Shown here: positions 15,300 to 28,657 of the stretch, one piece after another
How positions within the stretch are numbered: the stretch's first letter is position 1
Layout of the letters: the number at the start of each line of letters is the position of its first letter
DNA from: Octopus vulgaris
Taxonomy: Eukaryota
Assembly: GCA_951406725.2 (NCBI GenBank)
Contig: OX597814.1
Span: forward strand, 160,580,001-160,644,000
Reading direction: 5' to 3'
DNA: 64,000 nt
Notes under the pieces: generated by a model
Seen by the model: the letters and a program-made list of their open reading frames with translations, nothing else
Database searches by the model: none
Told to the model about the DNA's origin: nothing
Position numbers and translations under genes: made by a program

Positions 15300-16335
15300 G
15301 AGCGAGATTTACAGCCGCATAAAATTAGATCAACTACCACTGTATTATAAATCCCATTTCATTGCGAGTGAAGCTGAATGACTAAACAACATAAAAGATG
15401 AAGCTAACTAAATGATCGAGTTTCAGAATGTAATAGTAGCCATTTTTTTTTATAAATCATAAGATAATGTTTTGAAATAACTGTATCATATTCCGGAAAG
15501 CATCAAAGACAGAAGCAATAATCTTCACGGCTAATTATTGACTTTCTAGTCACTACTGTTCTCTTCAATTGAAAAAACAAACCATTGAATATTTTCCAGT
15601 GAAGTGGATGAAAGAAATATATTTAAGATTATGAATAAAAAAGGCTCTTTATTAAAAATAACGAATACAAGTTACAAAATTTATATCATTTAGTAAAGGC
15701 TCTGGAAGTGGTAAAGTGGTAATACGAATTAGTTAAAACAGAGCTCGGTAAAAAAAAATGAATTGATTGAACACAGAGATGAAAGTGGAATGCATTCTAG
15801 CATGCATTTTAGAATATTGTCAAATGCCACAAATATCTGGTATGATCAATAACGTAATTTAATATTCTATTCTACAAAGCAGCTTATAAATTCTAAAGCA
15901 TTACATACCATTTTAGCGACATGACAGAAAGAATTATTGAAGTAACGTAGCCTGGTAAAAAAAAAAAAGACGTTTAATCAATACCGGAGCTTCTTTAAAG
16001 TCTATATGATGACCGCCGAACCCTCTCATAGTATATTTCCTGAAACTTTTTACTGCATTAATTTTAGAAAAATATCATTAGAAAAAAAATATTATCTGCA
16101 AATACATGCTAACTTCGTTGTGGTCATTTCTGATTCTGCTAAAATTCTTGCTAACAACTAATGACATATTCAGAAAATTATTTCAGATCCACCTGATAAA
16201 AAATTATGGTTTCTTTCTTCTTAGTCAGGTGGCCGTAACCATGATAGCTAAAACAAATTAAAGAATTAACAAGATACAACATCCTGTATTTTAGAGGAAA
16301 ATAGATTTGGAATATCATAAAGGCTTGTTCTGATA

Positions 16336-16760
16336 GTAGCGAGCTGGCAGAATCGTTAGCACGCTGGGAGAAATACTTGGCGACATGCAGTCTGTCTTTA
16401 ACGTTCTGAGTTCAAATTTCACTCAGGTCGACTTTGCTTTTCATTCTATTGCGTTCGATAAAATAAGTACCAGATGAAAAATGAGGTCATTGTAATCGTC
16501 TTACCCCTTCTCTCAAAATTGCTGACCTTGTGCCAAAATTTGAAACCAATATGGTAAAAGTTTGTGCTAGATGAAGGCGGTGAGCTGGCAGAATCGTTAG
16601 TACGTCGGACAAAGTGCTAAGCTGCATTTCTTCCGGCTCTTTACACCCTGAGTTTAAATCCTACCAAGGCCAACTTTCGAGGTCAACACAATAAATTACA
16701 AGTCAAAAACTGGGGTCGATGTATCGCTTGTCCCCTCCGCTCAAAATTGCTGGCCTTGAA
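16336..16760 (+). mobile_element. Two degraded S1 SINE copies
   Basis: GAGCTGGCAGAATCGTTAG heads at ~16340 and ~16582. Confidence 0.85.
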
Positions 16761-17090
16761 ACACTACAACAGAGTAATGTTCTGTTCAGGGTAGGGGAAT
16801 GTTCAAGCAACCGGCTTTTTGAGTCCTAGTGTTCAAGAAAAAATTTTGTGAAAATTAAGCTAGATAAGTGGTGTGAAACACTTTCATCAGGAATCGAAAC
16901 TGTATCGAGATCTCTGTTTGTTGGAGGTTACCATTTGCATTCCAAAGTTTGCCACCAACAAAGAGGAGATAGGGCTTTATTCTTATTCTCTCTATGATTA
17001 ATTAATGAGCGCCGTAAATATGAATGCCAACTCCTGGCTTGCAAAATATGCGACCGCGTTTCGATTCCCAGTTTCAGCAATTTCATTAAT

Positions 17091-17380
17091 GGAGGCACAT
17101 GACCTAGTAGTTAGAGCAGCTGACTCGCGGTCGAGGGATCGAGGGTTCGAATCTCAGACCGGACGATGTGTGTGTTTATGAGCGAAATACCTAAGCTCCA
17201 CGCGGCTCCGGCAGAAGGTAATGGCAAACTTCTGCTGACTCTTTCGCCACAACTTTCTCTTACTTTTTCCTCCTGCGACGGGCCGGCGTCCCGTCCAGGT
17301 GGGGAATCCTATACGCCAAGGAAACCGGGAAACCGGCTCTTATGAGCCAAGCATGGCTCGAGAAGAAACAAACAACAAAA
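17091..17380 (+). mobile_element. tRNA-derived SINE, family S3, full length with 14-bp TSD
   Basis: A-box-like TGACCTAGTAGTTAG, B box GGTTCGAATC, (CAA/CAAA) tail. TSD CAATTTCATTAATG at 17078-17091 and 17381-17394. Confidence 0.9.
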
Positions 17381-17829
17381 CAATTTCATTAATGTATGCT
17401 GCTCACAATCTTCATCTTTATTTTCCGAATTAATAGAACTTAGTTACCTGTTAATTCCATCCAATTCACATGTAAACAGATAATCAAAATGTTCTCCAAT
17501 TTGATCAAAGCATCACATAGTTATAAAAGGAGCGAAATAAGTGTGTATAACATTCGTGACTTTCATTAGGACACTAACGCCGTAAATAATCAAACTGATT
17601 TTTACCAGAAATCAAAACTTCCTCAAGGATTCGGTTCACTATCATTTGACTTCTTACTGTAGTGCTCTCCACCATTGTTGTAATGTGGATTTTTTTTGAC
17701 TTGGCACCAGATCTTATATTGACTGATGAATAGAAGTAGGAACTGTTGAAACATTGATATCTTTCATAAGTGCATTGTCGGCATAAGTGAATTACTTGAC
17801 TCTAAAATGGCCTTCACTCCTCGGAGCTG

Positions 17830-18095
17830 ATAGGTCTCATGCCTCAACCATTCAGGTACCCCTTACTAACACATCTCTCCAGCAGTTGCCCATGCATACC
17901 AACCTCTCCTCTCCACGCCACGTATCCAAGACAAAGGTAAAGGCCGATATAGCTTGGTACCAGTGATATCGTATCTCATTTCTACAGATGAGTGAACTGG
18001 AACAACATGAAATAAGCTGTCTTGCTCAAGAACGTAAGACACAGCTCATTTCGGGAATCGAACACACTACCTCATGATTGTGAGCCCGACGCTTT
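17830..18095 (-). mobile_element. Degraded tRNA-derived SINE (family S4)
   Basis: The - strand reads TTCGATTCCCG..CTTGAGCAAGACAG..TTCCAGTTCACTCA. A related copy lies at 63330-63570. Confidence 0.6.
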
Positions 18096-18144
18096 CTGGA
18101 TACATCACATACATGCAGTAGAGTAATCATATATATATATACCT

Positions 18145-18557
18145 GAGCTTGCAGAAACGTTAGCACACCGTTAGCAGTATTTCGTCTGCCGATACGTTCT
18201 GAGTTCAAATTCCGCCGAGGTCGACTTTGCCTTTCATCCTTTCGGGGTCGATTAAATAAGTACCAGTTACGCACTGAGGTCGATATAATCGACTTAATCC
18301 GTTTGTTTGTCCTTGTTTGTCCTCTCTGTGCTAAGCCCCTTGTGGGCAATAAAGAAATAAGAAACGTTAGCACACCGGGCAAAATGCTTAGCGGTATTTC
18401 GTCTGTCTTTATGTTCTGAGTTCAAATTCCGCCGAGGTCGACTTTGCTTTTAATCTTTTTGGGTCGATAAATTAAGTACCAGATGCGTACTTGAGTCGAT
18501 CTAATCGACTACCTCCTCCCCCAAAATTTCGGGCCTTGTGCCTAGAGTAGAAAAGAA
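18145..18557 (+). mobile_element. S1 SINE dimer with two different 3' tails
   Basis: Unit 1 ends AAAGAAATA. Unit 2 restarts at GAAACGTTAGC (~18361) and ends GGGCCTTGTGCCTAGAGTAGAAAAG. Confidence 0.88.
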
Positions 18558-18694
18558 TATATACATACCTATATATCATTACTCTCTCGAATAGGATTGA
18601 CTATAGTTAATTAATGAAATGTTTTAGTTATATCGAGGATATTTGCGATTTACACTGATTTTATCTTTACAATAATAACAGAATATACAGGTAC

Positions 18695-18935
18695 AGACGA
18701 GGCTGTGTGGTTAAGAAGCTTGCTTCCCAACCACTATGCGGCACCTTGGACAAGTATCTTCCATTATAGACCCGGCCGATTAAATTTTGTGAGTGGATCT
18801 GTCATATATGTGCATGTGTGTGTGTGTTGTGAGTGAGTGAGTGTCTGTGTGTGTTGTGTTTGTCCCTCACCACTGCTTGACAACTGATGTTTGATTTGCT
18901 TCTGTTCTCGTAATTTAACGGTTTGGTAAAAGAGG
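18695..18935 (+). mobile_element. Degraded S2 SINE
   Basis: GGCTGTGTGGTTAAGAAGCTTGCTTCCCAACCAC head with an internal TG repeat. Confidence 0.8.
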
Positions 18936-18977
18936 CTATAGGCTCGTGGTTTTCAGACAGAATACTTAATCATCGAA

Positions 18978-19210
18978 AGGCGGCGAGCTGGCAGAATCGT
19001 TAGCCCGCCGGGCGAAATTCTTAGCGGTATTTCGTCTGCCGCTACGTTCTGAGTTCAAATTCCGCCGAGGTTGACTTTGCCTTTCATCCTTTTGGGGTTG
19101 ATTAAATAAGTACCAGTTACGCACTGGTGTCGATATAATCGACTTAATCCGTTTGTCTGTCTTTGTTTGTCCCCTCTGTGTGTAGCCCCTTGTGAGCAGT
19201 AAAGAAATAG
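18978..19210 (+). mobile_element. Full-length S1 SINE with 18-bp TSD
   Basis: TSD GAATACTTAATCATCGAA at 18960-18977 and 19211-19228. Confidence 0.93.
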
Positions 19211-19249
19211 GAATACTTAATCATCGAACATCAGAATTAGATGCATCAT

Positions 19250-19465
19250 GAAGGCGGCGAGCTGGCAGAATCGTTAGCGAACCAGGCAAAATGCTTTGCG
19301 ACATTTCGTCCGCCTTTACGTTCTGAGTTCAAATTCCGCCGTGGTCGACTTTGCCTTCCTCCCTTTCAAGGTTTATTAAATAAGTACCTGTTGAGTACTG
19401 GGATCTATGTAATCGACTTAGCCCCTTCCCCGCAATTGCTGGCTTCGTATCAAAATTTGAAACCA
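19250..19465 (+). mobile_element. S1 SINE (older subfamily tail)
   Basis: AAGGCGGCGAGCTGGCAGAATCGTTAGC head and CAAAATTTGAAACC tail. Confidence 0.88.
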
Positions 19466-20080
19466 CTATTAGATGCATCGTGCATTACAAACCTTTTTCC
19501 CAATTACAATGATACTCCAATTTTTTTCTTATAGAGAACTTCTTTGCAAACCAGTATTTTATTTGGAGTGATTAATGAATTTTTTTATATAAAGCTATAT
19601 ATATATTTCAAATCCAGATGAAGTTAAAGGATTAGTGGAAGATTTATTGGAGAAGTAAGGAAACAACACTTATGTTGTTTCACAAAGTATTGTAATTTCA
19701 AATATTATGAACTACTGCTCAGATAGTGCAGTATAGAAAATAAATCGACTGAGAAACAGTTACTGCACCACATAACAGCCAGTGAAAATGGATTTGGTAA
19801 ATAGCAATTAGATCTTGGTGGTAAGTATAAAACTAAAACTTATCGAAACAAATGCAATATAAACTTGAGCGTTTTTTTGTTTTATGATTATTTATATATC
19901 AGAGTGTTTTCAATCAAATTTTTACGAAAGATTTATCTCTATATATTTGGTTGAATTAAACAAATATAAGTAACAGGTAAATAAACGAAAAAGAAAACAG
20001 ACAAATATTTGCATTGAAATTTTAAAATTATTAGAAAGCTGTTGCAAATTATTCAACCCAATTGGCAAGCTTTAGAAAGT

Positions 20081-20152
<72 letters not shown>

Positions 20153-20404
20153 TATCACCTGTTTCATTTCATTAGATAATGCATACATCTCGATAAATGA
20201 CATTTTCGTGATATAAAGCTCACACTTTTTTCTTTTCCTTAATCTCATTGAACAACCTAAACCAAATTACATGAATATATCTTGTAAATACCAATAAATT
20301 AACATTTTAAGAAATATTGAAACATAGATTGCATCAAGTTATTTAAACAGAAAATAACCTTTCCTGAAAGAAACGCCAACATTATTTCCCTATCAAATTT
20401 TAAG

Positions 20405-20428
20405 ATATATATATATATATATATTATT

Positions 20429-20482
<54 letters not shown>

Positions 20483-21053
20483 TATTATATATATATATAT
20501 ATATATATTATTATTATTATATATATTATTTATTATATATATATATTATTATATATATTATTTATTATATATATATATATTATTTATTACATATATATAT
20601 ATATTATTTATTACATATATATATATATTATTTATTACATATATATATATTATTTATTACATATATATATATATTATTTATTATATATATATATATTATT
20701 TATTATATATATATATATATTATTTATTATATATATATATATATATTTATTATATATATATATATATTATTTATTATATATATATATATTATTTATTATA
20801 TATATATATATTATTTATTATATATATATATATTATTTATTATATATATATATATTATTTATTATATATATATATATTATTTATTATATATATATATATA
20901 TTATTTATATATATATATATATATTATTTATTATATATATATATTATTTATTATATATATGTATATATATTATTTATTATATATATATATATATATATTT
21001 ATTTATTTATTATATATATATATATATATATTCATATTTTTACATATATATAT

Positions 21054-21098
<45 letters not shown>

Positions 21099-21218
21099 TA
21101 TTTTTATATATATATATTATTTATTATATATATATATATATATATATTTATTTATGATATATATATATATATATATTCATATTTTTATATATATATTATT
21201 TATTATATATATATATCA
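20405..21218. repeat. Nearly pure A/T compound minisatellite, unit ~TTATTTAT(TA)n
   Basis: Directly visible. A (TA)n tract also lies at 20087-20151. Confidence 0.95.
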
Positions 21219-21424
21219 TAATGGATATATCAAAATGTTTATTCATAAACATCAGAATTTTAAGACTGCGTGTCAAAATTGATATATTTGCAATTCAAAA
21301 GAATATTACGTATCAAACTTCAAACTTCAGTTCTTTAAATGTAATAATGCATACATACATATATACACGTGCGCACATGTATGTACACACACGCACGCAC
21401 AAACACACGCACATACATACATGC

Positions 21425-21542
21425 AGGCATGGTTGTGCGGTGAGAAGATTGCTTCCCAATCACATGGCATACATCTACTAGAGCTCAAGGGCGACCAAGG
21501 CTTTATGAGTGGACTGGGTTGACGAAAACTGATGGAAGCCCG

Positions 21543-21573
<31 letters not shown>

Positions 21574-21785
21574 GGTGCTTATGTTTGTGCCTCACCATCA
21601 TTTAGCAATCGGTGTTAGTTCGTTTACGTCTCCGTAACTTAGCAATTCGGCGAAAAGAGGCCAAAATAATAAGTACCAGTCTTTAAAAAAATGAGAACTG
21701 GGGTCGAATTGCCGGACAAAACACATTAAGGCGGTGCCTCAGCATATCCGCAGTCCAATAGCTGATACAAGTTAAAAGTTAAAAT
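21425..21785 (+). mobile_element. S2 SINE
   Basis: Head, internal (TG)n and GGCGGTGCCTCAGCAT tail. Confidence 0.82.
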
Positions 21786-21964
21786 AGATAGATAGATAGA
21801 TAGATAGATAGATGTACATCTAAATATATATACATTTATATATACTTATACCTAATTACATATATGCATACAGATACACACACACACGCATACATACATA
21901 CTTGTGTGTTTGTCAGTCTGTCTTTTTGTGTGTCTGCCTGCCTCTGTGTGTGTGTGAGTGAGAG

Positions 21965-22012
<48 letters not shown>

Positions 22013-22418
22013 CGTGGGTGTGTACATATACTCATATATTTTTTACATATGTGTATATATCACTTCTGAAGTCACTGAAGTTATCTTCAACTTATATCTA
22101 TATAATTATATGTTGTATACAGATATTTTTTTTCAAATTGAGTGATATAATATTTGACAAAGAATTTAACAAAGGAGAATGATTAAATTAAAAATTGATC
22201 TACGATTTTAATTAATTTCTTGCTTGTCATTCATATGTCACTTTTGCTCTGACAGAATTCAAAGCCATTGGTTTATTATAATTGACCGAATCTGAGAAAA
22301 AAATGTTCGTTAAATATTATCCAGCATCGCTAACATATGTGGTGAATTCAAAGGAAAGGGTAGAGATGCAGACAAAAGGATTGACGGAAACACACACACT
22401 CACACATTAAGATGTGCA

Positions 22419-22456
<38 letters not shown>

Positions 22457-22459
<3 letters not shown>

Positions 22460-22577
22460 TGTAGAAGAGCGTAGGCTCGAAACGTGAGACTTTTTCTATT
22501 CCTGAGCGCTATACTAATACATTTGTTTGTTTGTACACCACCTGCCTTCGTCTTTTGTTTATTTTCGTAAACTTTCC

Positions 22578-22581
<4 letters not shown>
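22457..22581 (+). mobile_element. Penelope pseudo-LTR-like fragment with a variant hammerhead motif, between (TA)n tracts
   Basis: CTGTAGA-A-GAGC-GTAG-GCTC-GAAACGT at 22459-22485. Homologous to 51610-51740 (-). Confidence 0.6.
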
Positions 22582-22633
<52 letters not shown>

Positions 22634-22639
22634 TGATTT

Positions 22640-23072
22640 CAAATTTTGGCACTTTGGCACAGAGCCAACAATTTGGGGGAGAGGTAAGTCGACTATATTG
22701 ACTCCAGTGCTCAACTGGTACCTATTTTATCGACCCCGAAAGGATGAAAGCAAAATCGACATCGGCAGAATTTGAACTCAGAACGTAGCTGCAGACGAAA
22801 TGCCGCCACGCATTCAGTCCGACGTGCTAACGGTTCTGTCAGCTCTCTACCTTAAGATGCGTATCTTTACTGGTTTTAATTTTTGGCACGAGGCCAGCAG
22901 GTATGGTAAAGGAGATAAGTCGATTGAATCGACCCAGTTTTCAACTGGTACTTATTTTATTGACCCCGAAAGGATGAAAAGCAAAGTCTACTCGGACGGA
23001 ATTTTAACTCAGAACGTAAAGACAAACGAAATGCCGCTAAGCATTTTGTCCGGCTTGCAAATGATTCCGCCT
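22640..23072 (-). mobile_element. Two S1 SINE copies
   Basis: Each has TTTATYGACCCCGAAAGGATGAAA and AACTCAGAACGTA. Confidence 0.85.
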
Positions 23073-23209
23073 ATTGACCATATATATGCGTATATATTAA
23101 CAAGAGAATTAAGATTGAGCCACTAAAGAAGCTTCTACGTTATCACTCGATCTACAAGAAACAACAACCAAATTTCCCTCAAGTTATTTTATTGTATCCG
23201 CACACAACT

Positions 23210-23512
23210 ATGGCTGTGCGGTTAAAAAGCTCGCTTTGCAAACACGTGGCTTTATGTTCAGTTCCAGTGTGCGGTACCTTGGGCAAGTGTCTTCTACAAT
23301 AGCTACGGGCCAACAAATACTTTGTGAATGAATTTAGAAGATGGAAACTGGGCGGAAGCTCGTCGTATATAGGTTTGTGTATCTTTGTATTTTTATTTGT
23401 CCCCATCCACTAATTAACAACCGATATTGGTTTGTTTACGTCCCCGTTACTTAAAGGCTCGGCAAAAGAGACCAAGTGAATAAGTACCAGGCTTTGGAAT
23501 AAATGCTGGGAT
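23210..23512 (+). mobile_element. S2 SINE lacking its tail
   Basis: CCTTGGGCAAGTGTCTTCTAC and TTTACGTCCCCG..GGCAAAAGAGACC. Confidence 0.82.
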
Positions 23513-23516
23513 TAAT

Positions 23517-23937
23517 AGACGAAATACCTATTTCTATACCACCCACAAGGGGCTAAACACAGAGAGGACAAACAAGGACAGACAAACGGATTAAGTCGAT
23601 TATATCGACCCCAGTGCGTAACTGGTACTTATCTAATCGACCCCGAAAGGATGAAAAGCAAAGTCTAGCCGGACGGAATTTGAACTCAGAATGTAGAGGC
23701 AGACGAAATACCTATTTCTATTTCTTTACTACCCACAAGGAGCTAAACACAGAGAGGACAAACAAGGACAGACAAACGGATTAAGTCGATTACATCGACC
23801 CCAGTGCGTAACTGGTACTTATTTAATCGACCCCGAAACGATGAAAGGCAAAGATGACCTCGGCGGAATTTGAACTCAGAACGTAACGGCAAGCATTTCG
23901 CCTGGCATGCGAACGGTTCTGCCAGCTCGCCGCCTTA
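23517..23937 (-). mobile_element. S1 SINE multimer (full unit + head-less unit + 12-nt start of a third unit)
   Basis: Junctions at 23712/3 and 23528/9 are identical to those at 12.2, 12.4 and 14.08 kb. Confidence 0.9.
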
Positions 23938-25739
23938 AACACAAATTTAATATCAAAATGCAATAGATTTAACAATAAGGAATAAACTTTAAAAAAAAAA
24001 GTAGGCAATATGTGAGAGGGTGCCTAGTCAATAAAGTAGTAAAACTTGTTGGATAACTGTTTGGAGGTTCATCGTAAATGAGAAATTGCTGAATTCTTCT
24101 ATGATACAATACCAACGTTAGTATTTTTATTGAAATAAGTTTAGATATAAATAAAACTTTCAAGCTCTGTATTTTTTTTTCCTTCGTTTACATAAAAAAA
24201 AGTTTTCTGAATTATTGTAAAAGTAACATTTTCTAAAAACATCAAGTTGATTTTGAATTTTCATAGACCCGAACCCAGTTCGCCAGCCTCAAAAGATACT
24301 CATTGAAATCTCAAGTTAGAAAACTGGTAATTTTCTAAGAATGTTTATTTCCTCGACAAATAATAAAATGTTACTTGTAAGAAAATCCAAATTCTATTAA
24401 CCTCAACAGACACGATACAACTTTGTATTCATATCAGCGGACATGATACAACTTTGTACATCATGATAGAATCTACAAGAGTCTTTGAATTAATTATTTG
24501 TCTTTCATCGGAAACGTTGAAAGATTCTGAAATTATTGATACCAAAAGATAACATAGTCGCTCGTTGCTTGTTATCTTATCTAGATACTGAGATCAGTCA
24601 ACTATAAATCAACAATAAATATTTTCCTATAATAGAGCTGTTAGCAAATTTACTATGAAGTATTAGGCAATTTTCAAACTTTCCAATTGTCTACCTAACT
24701 TAAACAGTACCTTCCCATTAACAGGAAACCACAAAGTAAGATAAATTAGTGCTTTTATTCACAGACAAAGAGCCTGTATAAAGGCGATCGCTAATCAGGA
24801 AAAATCTGACTGTAGTTCTCCAGGAGAAAAAGATGGCCGTTATTTAAGTAGTTAATTACAAAACCAACACTATGTGTTCTCGTTGATGATGAGGTGTAAA
24901 AATTATTTGTTTTCAACAATACATCAGTCGGGATTCACAACACGCCTGTTGCCGTTTCCTAAGTTCTTCAATGATGTTTCTTTCTTACTTTTAATATCAG
25001 CTCTCTTTCGCTAGATTCTTTTATCAAATCAATTTTCCATTCTTCATTTTCGATTAAGAATTGTTCATCAATTCTCCTTATTGTGCTGAGTATTCTACCT
25101 TTGAAGAACCATTCCATTATGTTGCTATAAAATCAATCGATTTACTTTTCCCCTAAATCAAAGTGGCCCATCTACTTCTCGATATTTCCATTTCAAATAC
25201 AGGTTGCATAAAACTAATGAATTGCAGTATACTTACATTCTAGAATAGGCTCGAACAGATCAGAAAACAATCAAGAGGGACAAAAAAAAATACTGCAGAT
25301 TACAGAAGACTTTGAAACGAAGTAAATAAAGTAGTTCCTTTCTTAATTATGAATTACCAATTGGAAACGGAAGAAATGATTTTTGCCTTTGGTTTTAACA
25401 TTCTATTCTACTCAGAAATTCATAAAATGTCGCCTGTCTTTCTCTGTTAAATTTGAGAAGTTACCACGTAGCCTTCTTGCAAAATTTTATATCTAAATTA
25501 GTCACATATTTCACAATAATGTATCAACCGAAACCAGATTTTTCCAAACAACCGTGTCTTTACAGGTATCTTAAACTCTAGCGTGCGGTGTATGCTATAG
25601 CGTAGCAATAATTAATACAGTATGGTTTTGAAAGGTAGAAAAATAGGTGACTAGTGTCGTAGATAATGCCTTACGGTATTCGTTCCGGTTCTCTAAATTC
25701 AAATCCTGCCGCGAACAACTTTTTAAGATGTTAGAGTGT

Positions 25740-25905
25740 ATGATGCTGAATGAAGACATGACTGGTATTTCTCGCGGACTAAGAGACCACATAGGAGCTC
25801 TCTTGGCTTGTATTTAAGTTTGGCGTTGTTATCTAGTCCTAGGCCAGCTCTAACCGAGAAGACCTATGATGGTCACTCCAGCCGTGACAACCTTCTTTTG
25901 TTTTG
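25740..25905 (+). repeat. Old dispersed repeat (unclassified)
   Basis: Related TGRCTGCTATTTCT..GACCAC and TAGGYCAGY.CT.A blocks at ~465-520, 28340-28570, 29500-29570, 34590-34720 and 35040-35190 (-). Confidence 0.5.
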
Positions 25906-26063
25906 CTTTTGTCATATGCAGACTTGGCTGTATGGTAAGAACTTTGCTTCCCAACCACATGGTTCCGAGTTCAGTCCCACTGCGTGACACTTTGCACACG
26001 TGTCTTCTACTTCAGTTGGCGAAAACTGAAAGAAGTGTGTGTGCGTGTGTGTGTGTGTATGTG

Positions 26064-26101
<38 letters not shown>

Positions 26102-26277
26102 CAGACATACCCACATACATATATATTTGTCGTCACCTATCGCTATGCTGCCGCATAATGACCTGGTCAAGATGAAATAGATTCCTTAGCAGAAGCTAAC
26201 TACAGTGACCACTTTGATATGCTCAGCAACAACCATTTTATCTTTATTGAAATAAATTTTAGTTATATCTTTCATAT

Positions 26278-26347
<70 letters not shown>

Positions 26348-26680
26348 ACACACACACACATTTTCTCTCTCTGTGTATTTCTCTCTCAACAACAACAACA
26401 ATTTGTCATTAAACTGCAAGTTTTTATAGTCTGTGTTGAGCTGTCTATATGTTGAAAGACATACAAGAACGCACACTCACACACATACACAGAAATATAT
26501 ACACAAACAATCGAAAATGTAACTAACTATATGTGTTATATATATATATATATATACATCTAGTTATTTTTTTTAATCCGTGTTGCGTTATGTTGACACA
26601 CTTGCACTTAAATTACCGCGTTTTTTAATCAAAACTTGTTAGTTACTATGGTGACAACACTACTTACCTATCTATCTTTC

Positions 26681-26722
<42 letters not shown>

Positions 26723-26844
26723 TCTCTTACACACTGTATTTCTCTCACAACAACCTTTTCTCCTCTCCTTTTTCCTACCCTCTAATAGATATTGTGGCAG
26801 ATAGACAAACAGATGGAGATCAGCTTCTTTTCTATAGTATAAGG

Positions 26845-27060
26845 TTGTGTGTGTATGTGTGTGTGTGCACGCGCGTTTATCTCCGATCACTGCTTGACAA
26901 CCGCTGTTGGTGTATTAATACCACCGTAAATTAGCAGTTCGGCAAAAGACCCTATTGAATAAGTACCAAGTTTTTAAAAATTAGTACTGAAGTCAAGGCG
27001 GTGCCCCAGCATGGCCGCAGTCTAATGACTGAAGCAAGTAGAAGATCAAAGATGAAAGAT
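26845..27060 (+). mobile_element. S2 SINE 3' half
   Basis: AAGGCGGTGCCCCAGCATGGCCGCAGTCTAATGACTGAAGCAAGTA tail. Confidence 0.85.
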
Positions 27061-27575
27061 GCAATTTATCTACGATGCATTTAAGAAAGTAAAGTATAGT
27101 ATTGAGAGATATTTGGCTGCTACTTCCCAGGTCGTACAACCAAGTGGTAGCAATGATGATGATGATGATGTTGATTGTGATGGCTGTGGTGGTGATGATG
27201 ATAGTGGTAGTGATGATGATGACGATGGTGTTGGTGGTGGTGATGGTGGTGGTGATGGTAGTGGTTTTGGTGGTAGAACTTTACTTTTTGTTTGTTTGTT
27301 TTTTTGGTGGGGGATGGTTATTTTATTTTAATAAATCTTCATTCTTAAGAGCACAACTTTTCAAAGAGATCCACATGATTAAACTTCATAAATGTATATC
27401 AGTAAGAGCACGCAATCGAAGTCTCGCCAAGGCGGTCTCTATAACCTATTAAAACAGTCCGTGCTTGGCGTGTTCTCGCCAGAAGGAACAGCAAAATATA
27501 CTTCTACAAGAAAAGGAAACCAAAATTTCAAGCAAAAACAAAATGCATAACAACAACAACAATAACAATAATAAC

Positions 27576-27619
<44 letters not shown>

Positions 27620-28071
27620 GAGACTATCTCTTAGCTGATAATGCATGCAGCAGAAAGCGACCAAGTGTATCAACCATTTGGCTCTGCGTGAGAGTCCAGC
27701 GAACCTAACGCTGTTCTTGTATCAGCGGTTTACGGTGGGATGGAGCGGCAGTATTGAACGGGGTGGAGAGACGAGGATGTTAATGCTGTTTTTTCTATTT
27801 TATTATTTGTGTGTTTATTTTAATTAATCGCTCTTACGAAAAGAAACCGTGATACTATATAAGAATGGCTCTCTGCTAAAAGCTATATTTTTGATTATGT
27901 CTTTGCAGCGAGCTAAAAACACGCGTTGTTTTATTTAGCTTCACCATCAGTTCTCCTCTCTCTGTGCGTGCGTGTGTATGTGTGTGTGTGTAAATGTGTC
28001 TCTGGATGCGTATGTATGTGTGAATAGATGCGTTTGTGTATATGTATGTGTATGTATGCGTGTATATGTGC

Positions 28072-28118
<47 letters not shown>

Positions 28119-28594
28119 CGGGTCTATATGTTATAATTTTTTTTTCTAATTTATTGTGTTGCATTAGTCTATGCTTGTACCTCGTTAAATGCATCATCAT
28201 CGTCGTCATCATCATCGTCGTCATCATCATCGTCGTCATCGTCATCGTCGTCGTCATCATCGTCATCATCAGCAGCAGCATTAGCATGAGGAGGAGGAGA
28301 AGGGTGTAAAAAATTATTTATAGATTACTATAGCAGTAATCTTGTGATAGTTATTTAACTCTAGGTCAGTCCAATTTGAGTAAATCTATAATGAAAATTA
28401 TTCCATCCGTGTCTATCCAGTCGGTTTTGTTTGCTGTTTTTGCATTTCTTTTATTTTTTTATACTACGGACTCAACTTTTTTTTAAGATGGTAAGATGTG
28501 ATTGGAAGAAATTTGACTACTATATCTAACAGGGTGAGTGACTATACAGAGATTACCTCGTTGGCTCTTAGTTTAACGGTTGTGGTTTCAGGAG

Positions 28595-28657
<63 letters not shown>

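Noticed and set aside
15400-16300. Possible decayed DNA-transposase remnant (also 24000-25400)
   Set aside because: Only faint xRW-like strings; no convincing motif series by eye.
17718-17765. CTGATGA...GAAAC hammerhead-like string
   Set aside because: Helix III lacks its GU partner and helix I is only ~2 bp.
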